From: Sphingobacterium thalpophilum
GTDB taxonomy: Bacteria > Bacteroidota > Bacteroidia > Sphingobacteriales > Sphingobacteriaceae
Assembly (NCBI GenBank): GCA_945878525.1
Contig: CAMCTU010000037.1
Coordinates: 1 to 22,134, forward strand
Reading direction: 5' to 3'
Length of the DNA stretch: 22,134 nucleotides
Below, piece after piece: positions 17,690-22,134 of this stretch (position 1 is the first letter of the stretch; each line of letters starts with the position of its first letter). The notes below the pieces were generated by a model. It made no database searches. It had not been told where the DNA came from and saw only the letters and a program-made list of their open reading frames with translations. The position numbers were made by a program, and so were the translations under genes.

Positions 17690-17697
17690 CAAATTTA
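17690..17697 (-). promoter_or_regulatory. Candidate -7 promoter box for the FKBP operon
   Basis: The minus strand reads TAAATTTG (TAnnTTTG) only 7 nt upstream of the ATG at 17682. This would imply a very short or absent leader. Confidence 0.3.
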
Positions 17698-17809
17698 TCC
17701 TTTTAAATGTTAAAAAGTAAGGATTAACATTTTTTAACAAAATATTTAAAATTATCAGGCACAAAATTAAGTCAGGAACATCTCAAAAAAGAATTTCTTT
17801 CTGAATTTA

Positions 17810-19120
17810 CTAGACAGCAACATCAACATGTGGGTACCAGGTATCTGTTCTTACGTTTGCACCCAGATCGTGAAGCATATTATACAATCCAAAATTAGTT
17901 CGGTTCACGTAAATAAAATGCTTTACTCCACGAGCTTGTTTGAATTCAGGCATTTTTGATATTTTTTCACCATAGGAATAAAGCTTGTCAAAAAACTCCG
18001 TCTTACTAAAATCAAAGGTACTTGACATATATGGCTGAGCAAATAGTTCAATCATTTCTTTGTAAAGCCTGTAAAAAAACTCGATCTGTGCAGCATCATC
18101 ATTTTCACGGATCATTTCTAAAGACCTGAATGCCTTGATAGTTCTTGCTTTATCTTTTAATAAATCAGTAGAGGTCAACGAAAAGAATGGATAATAGAAG
18201 TCATCTGGCATTTCTTTGATACATCCAAAATCAATAATACCTAATTTTCCTTCCGGCGTAATTAAAAAATTTCCGGGATGCGGATCTGCATGCACTGCTT
18301 TTAACTCATGCTGTTGAAAATTATAAAAATCCCAAAGTGCCTGCCCAATCTTGTCCCTGAGTTCTTGTGAGGGATTAGTCCGCATAAACTCTTTCATATG
18401 CTGTCCCTCCAGCCAATCCATTGTGATGATTCTTTTAGAAGAAAGCTCTGGATAATAAGTCGGAAAAACCACATTATCAATGGTTCTGCAAGCATCTGAA
18501 AATTCAATCGATCGTCTAATTTCTAGGTTATAATCTGTTTCTTCAAGAAGCCGGTCTTCAACCTCAGTCATATAGACTTCAAGTTCTTTCTGACTCATAC
18601 CCAGTAAACGAAAAGCAAAAGGCTTTACCATTTTTAAGTCGGAAGAAATACTGTCACCAACGCCAGGGTATTGAATTTTAATAGCTAACTTCTTCCCATT
18701 TAGTTTTGCTTGATGGACCTGTCCTATTGAAGCGGCATTGGTAGATTTTATATTAAATTCATCAAAAATCTCAGAAGGTGTTTTACCAAAATACTTGGTG
18801 AAAGTTCTGACAATTAATGGCCCGGACAGTGGAGGGGCATTGTATTGAGAGAGTGAAAATTGATCAACATACGCCTTTGGCAATATATTTTTATCCATAC
18901 TGAGCATCTGAGCAACCTTAAGGGCACTTCCCTTTAATTCGCTTAAAGACGTGTAGATATCAGTTGCGTTGTCAAGATTTAACTCATCCTTGGTTAATGA
19001 AGGATTAAATAGCTTTTTGGAATAGTGTTTAATATAATTTCCTCCAACCTTCAAACCTGTTTTCACAAACTTTGCTGAACGTTCCGTTTTTGAGGTTGGA
19101 ATACTGTCTTGTTCTTTCAT
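17810..19120 (-). CDS. ABC1/UbiB/AarF-family atypical protein kinase
   Basis: The 436-aa product has ALKVAQMLS, ASIGQVHQAKL, LAIKIQYPGV, HADPHPGNFLI and IIDFGCI, which are the standard ABC1 kinase-like motifs. Confidence 0.85.
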   Translation of the reverse strand: MKEQDSIPTSKTERSAKFVKTGLKVGGNYIKHYSKKLFNPSLTKDELNLDNATDIYTSLSELKGSALKVAQMLSMDKNILPKAYVDQFSLSQYNAPPLSGPLIVRTFTKYFGKTPSEIFDEFNIKSTNAASIGQVHQAKLNGKKLAIKIQYPGVGDSISSDLKMVKPFAFRLLGMSQKELEVYMTEVEDRLLEETDYNLEIRRSIEFSDACRTIDNVVFPTYYPELSSKRIITMDWLEGQHMKEFMRTNPSQELRDKIGQALWDFYNFQQHELKAVHADPHPGNFLITPEGKLGIIDFGCIKEMPDDFYYPFFSLTSTDLLKDKARTIKAFRSLEMIRENDDAAQIEFFYRLYKEMIELFAQPYMSSTFDFSKTEFFDKLYSYGEKISKMPEFKQARGVKHFIYVNRTNFGLYNMLHDLGANVRTDTWYPHVDVAV

Positions 19121-19150
19121 TTATTAAGATTCAAATGATGATTATGGCTT

Positions 19151-19816
19151 TTAAAACTTAACATTAGGTTTCATGCCGCCATTATTCATCATGAACTTAC
19201 CATAATCAAACAAACTATCTAATGGGGATTTACCAAAAAGATCGAAGGTAACATTAATCCCTTTTTCAATAGCTTCATCAGTTTTTTCAAATCCGGCACT
19301 ATTGTCTTTGGCCCAGAAATTTAAAATGATGCCAAACTGGATCCAGAGGGCATCTTTATATTTAGATGTTAGAAATCGTCTGTTCGCTAATTCACCTGAC
19401 TCAACACCCTGATCAACCAAGCCGGACGCAAAAGATTCAAAAAGGTTTTTAACACCCTTTAAGATTGAGGGGGTGCCAATTGTTTGTCCGGATTGTTTTA
19501 AACTGTACAAAACAAAGCTCCTTTTGCTCTTCAACAACTCAATAAGCCCATAGAAAAATGCAAGTATTTTATCCCGGGAGGAATATTGCTCCCATATTTC
19601 CTGATTTTGTACTTCAGATAAAGCCTTTTGACAAAGATCAGTCCAGATCGACTCTTCCATACCCTCAAAAGATGCGTAGGAATTATAAAACTCCTCCTCA
19701 GTCATATTATTCTCTTTTGCAAATATGTAAACAGAGGCGGGCTTCATACCCTTAGTCAGAACATAATCTATGTAAGCATTTTGAATTTCTTCTATCGTAT
19801 TCTTAGTATCTTTCAT
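19151..19816 (-). CDS. TetR/AcrR-like transcriptional regulator
   Basis: The 221-aa product has an N-terminal helix-turn-helix-like segment, IQNAYIDYVLTKGMKPASVYIFAKENNMTEEEFYNSYASFEGME. This resembles the Bacteroidota TetR-family proteins I recall, followed by an all-helical C-terminal region. The call is motif-level only. Confidence 0.55.
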   Translation of the reverse strand: MKDTKNTIEEIQNAYIDYVLTKGMKPASVYIFAKENNMTEEEFYNSYASFEGMEESIWTDLCQKALSEVQNQEIWEQYSSRDKILAFFYGLIELLKSKRSFVLYSLKQSGQTIGTPSILKGVKNLFESFASGLVDQGVESGELANRRFLTSKYKDALWIQFGIILNFWAKDNSAGFEKTDEAIEKGINVTFDLFGKSPLDSLFDYGKFMMNNGGMKPNVKF

Positions 19817-19825
19817 ATTGGAATA

Positions 19826-19984
19826 TTATTTGTCTTGAGTTTTCTTCCTCGTTTTATCCTGGTCAGAAACACGCAAAGGAATGTAAATCAACTGCTTTTT
19901 GTTGGATTCCTGAGGATTAAGATCAGGAAGGTAATCCTGAAGCTTATCCTTCAGAGCCTTTAGTTTGTCAATCAGTCCGGACAT
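19826..19984 (-). CDS. Small hypothetical protein (52 aa from the internal ATG; the ORF track extends to 20041)
   Basis: MSGLIDKLKALKDKLQDYLPDLNPQESNKKQLIYIPLRVSDQDKTRKKTQDK. Its stop is 9 bp before the TetR-like ATG, suggesting translational or operon coupling. No family recognised, and the start choice is uncertain. Confidence 0.35.
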   Translation of the reverse strand: MSGLIDKLKALKDKLQDYLPDLNPQESNKKQLIYIPLRVSDQDKTRKKTQDK

Positions 19985-20206
19985 TTCAAGAATTTCTATG
20001 GTTATTAAATGAATTAATTGCATGAATTTGTATTTATACACATACGCTAAGAACAGACAAAGAGTTTGCCAGAAATCCTTTCTAAAGTTTGTGTTTTGTC
20101 ATTTTTAAATAAAATCAAAAACGAAATTCATAGTACACCGATATAAATCAGATAAAATAGTGATATCTGACAGATCCGATGTCTCTATTTTTGGCTAAAG
20201 TATTGA

Positions 20207-21997
20207 TTAATAGCAATACTTGTTTGCCTCAATCAATTGCTTAGCGACACGTTGTCTGGTTTCTTTAATATTAAAAGGTTCTGACTTGGTAAAACGTCTT
20301 AATCCTACAAGCATCATTCTTAATTCATCACCTTCAGCGAATGAGTACAAAGCCTCCTTACCGGCAACAGAAACTTTATCAACAGATTGATAAAGGTAAA
20401 TCCGCATCATATCAAGCTGTCCCGCACAGGATTCTTCACCCCTTAGTTTGACCAATTTTTCTACTCTTAAAATCGTTGATTCTGCAAGATAAATGTATCC
20501 AATCATGTCAGCAATGTTCATCAGAATTTCCTGCTCTTTTGACAGAGTCATCATCAATTTTTGAACTGCAGCACCGGCTATCATTAATCCGGCTTTTTTA
20601 AGATTAGATAAAATGCGTTTTTCTGAGGCAAAAAGCGAATTATCTTCCTCAGCAAAATCAGGAATAGACATTAATTCAGCAGCAACAGCTTGTGCAGGAG
20701 TCATTAAATCAAGCTCTCCTTTCATGGCACGTTTCAACAACATATCCAGAATGAGCATTCTGTTGATTTCATTGGTACCTTCAAATATCCTATTGATACG
20801 GCTATCGCGATAGGCACGTTCCATTGGCGCCTCCGCAGAATAACCCATTCCACCATAAATCTGCAGACCTTCATCCACAATATAATCCAATACTTCTGAT
20901 CCCCAGATCTTAATAATTGCACACTCTACGGCGAATTGCTCTGTAGATTTCAATTTGGCCTGTGAAGGCTCCATTCCCTCTGCTAACAAGGTATCATAAG
21001 CATCATCGATATTCTGACCTGCTCGGTAAGAAGCACTTTCAAGCGCAAAATTACGTGTAGCCATTTCCGCGAGTTTATAACGGATTGCGCCGAACTTGGA
21101 AATTGGCAAATTGAACTGAACACGTTCATTAGAATAGTTTATTGCCTGATTCAAAACCTTTCTGGAAGAGCCAATAGCTGCAACACCCAATTTGATCCGG
21201 CCGATATTAAGAATATTTACAGCTATTTTAAAGCCATTTTCACGATCGGAAAGCAAATTTGCGACCGGAACCGGACAGTCGGTAAAAAACACCTGCCTAG
21301 TTGATGAACCTTTAATACCTAATTTATGTTCTTCAGGGTTCATGGTTATTCCACCAAAATCCTTTTCAACAATAAATGCAGACAGATTTTTATCCTCTCC
21401 AATTTTTGCAAAAACAATAAAAATATCGGCAAAACCACCATTGGTGATCCACATCTTCTGACCGGTAATCAGGTAGTGGGTACCTTCTGAATTCAAGACA
21501 GCTTTGGTCCTTCCGGAATTTGCATCAGAACCTGAATTAGGCTCAGTGAGGCAATAAGAAGCTTTCCATTCTCCGGTTGCAAGTTTTGGAATGTATTTAT
21601 CCTTCTGTTCTTTGTTTCCATAGTACAGAATAGGCAGAGTACCTATTCCTGTATGTGCTGAAAGTGCTACTGCGAAGGAACATCCGGCTCCAACTGAATC
21701 TGCAACCAACATTGAAGTATTGAAGTTCTTACCAAAACCTCCATATTCTTCCGGAATGGAAACAGCGAGTAAGCCAAGTTCACCAGCCTTGTCCATCAGA
21801 TTGACCATTAAGCCTTCTTCCTGATTATCGATTCTGTCGAGATTGGGGAACACCTCTACTTCCAAAAAATCCTCACAGGTTTTTTTGATCATCAACTGTT
21901 CTTCATCAAACTCTTCAGGAATAAAAATATCCTCACATGCCGTTTCGCGGATAATAAACTCTCCGCCTTTGATTGTTCTGGTTTTTATTGTGCTCAT
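20207..21997 (-). CDS. Long acyl-CoA dehydrogenase (about 600 aa, with an extra C-terminal helical domain)
   Basis: Motifs present: CLTEPNSGSDA, MWITNGG, QIYGGMGY and RIFEGTNEINR. About 180 extra C-terminal residues follow the ACAD core, as in long/very-long-chain-type enzymes. Confidence 0.88.
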   Translation of the reverse strand: MSTIKTRTIKGGEFIIRETACEDIFIPEEFDEEQLMIKKTCEDFLEVEVFPNLDRIDNQEEGLMVNLMDKAGELGLLAVSIPEEYGGFGKNFNTSMLVADSVGAGCSFAVALSAHTGIGTLPILYYGNKEQKDKYIPKLATGEWKASYCLTEPNSGSDANSGRTKAVLNSEGTHYLITGQKMWITNGGFADIFIVFAKIGEDKNLSAFIVEKDFGGITMNPEEHKLGIKGSSTRQVFFTDCPVPVANLLSDRENGFKIAVNILNIGRIKLGVAAIGSSRKVLNQAINYSNERVQFNLPISKFGAIRYKLAEMATRNFALESASYRAGQNIDDAYDTLLAEGMEPSQAKLKSTEQFAVECAIIKIWGSEVLDYIVDEGLQIYGGMGYSAEAPMERAYRDSRINRIFEGTNEINRMLILDMLLKRAMKGELDLMTPAQAVAAELMSIPDFAEEDNSLFASEKRILSNLKKAGLMIAGAAVQKLMMTLSKEQEILMNIADMIGYIYLAESTILRVEKLVKLRGEESCAGQLDMMRIYLYQSVDKVSVAGKEALYSFAEGDELRMMLVGLRRFTKSEPFNIKETRQRVAKQLIEANKYCY

Positions 21998-22078
21998 AAT
22001 ATTTAATTGATTAAGGAATAAGGATCAACTTATTACTCTTTATTTTTCATTTTTTGACCAGTTGTCTGTTTCATCTCA

Positions 22079-22096
22079 ACCCGATAGCTATCGGGT
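22079..22096. promoter_or_regulatory. Perfect 18-bp palindrome ACCCGATAGCTATCGGGT, 82 bp upstream of the acyl-CoA dehydrogenase start
   Basis: Read directly, with CTCA on both sides. It could be an operator, a terminator hairpin for a gene beyond the window, or a dispersed palindromic repeat. Confidence 0.35.
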
Positions 22097-22134
22097 CTCA
22101 ATCCCATACCTTTTGTCTTCCCGACGCAGGCGTG

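Noticed and set aside
19985-20041. 19-codon N-terminal extension of the small ORF (MYKYKFMQLIHLITIEILE)
   Set aside because: It is AT-rich and hydrophobic in a way unlike the rest of the ORF. The internal ATG at 19984 gives a more coherent hydrophilic peptide. The start choice remains uncertain either way.
22033-22134. Open minus-strand frame running in from the right edge (HACVGKTKGMGLRPDSYRVEMKQTTGQKMKNKE, stop at 22035..22033)
   Set aside because: It reads straight through a perfect palindrome and ends in a Lys-rich low-complexity tail with no recognisable family. It is probably non-coding. A true C-terminus of an upstream gene cannot be excluded without more sequence.

Overview
The window looks like a chromosomal segment from a low-GC (roughly 40% by eye) Bacteroidota-type genome. 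Supporting signs are TAnnTTTG promoter boxes, a GIN/DUF2807 protein, a CarboxypepD_reg protein, FKBP lipoproteins and a lycopene-cyclase-domain gene. Most genes are ordinary housekeeping genes on the minus strand. They include 2-oxoglutarate dehydrogenase E1/E2 (sucA, sucB), with E3 (lpdA) about 3.3 kb away, and murB. There is also a long acyl-CoA dehydrogenase followed by a small ORF, a TetR-like regulator and an ABC1/UbiB kinase, plus two FKBP lipoproteins and a Cry-DASH photolyase-family gene. On the plus strand are a secreted M1 metallopeptidase and a GIN-domain protein. Carotenoid genes are scattered: crtZ sits directly upstream of murB, and the first 40 codons of a lycopene-cyclase-domain gene lie at the left edge. 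I see no multi-gene defence, secretion or biosynthetic system that I could call novel. The unusual content is mostly non-coding or degenerate: (1) An IS200-like Y1 transposase (RAYT-type) has a one-sided array of REP-like hairpins bounded by a perfect 23-bp inverted pair. (2) Degenerate heptamer arrays start within 3-5 nt of the lpdA and sucB stop codons, and the lpdA-crtZ spacer holds two such arrays in inverted orientation. (3) A 177-codon frame is broken by two in-frame TAA codons. (4) A GC-rich, hairpin-dense core lies inside a 685-bp intergenic region. (5) A sharply AT-rich island encodes a putative outer-membrane protein. (6) A perfect 18-bp palindrome lies upstream of the acyl-CoA dehydrogenase. 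All family assignments come from motif recognition by eye; no searches were run.
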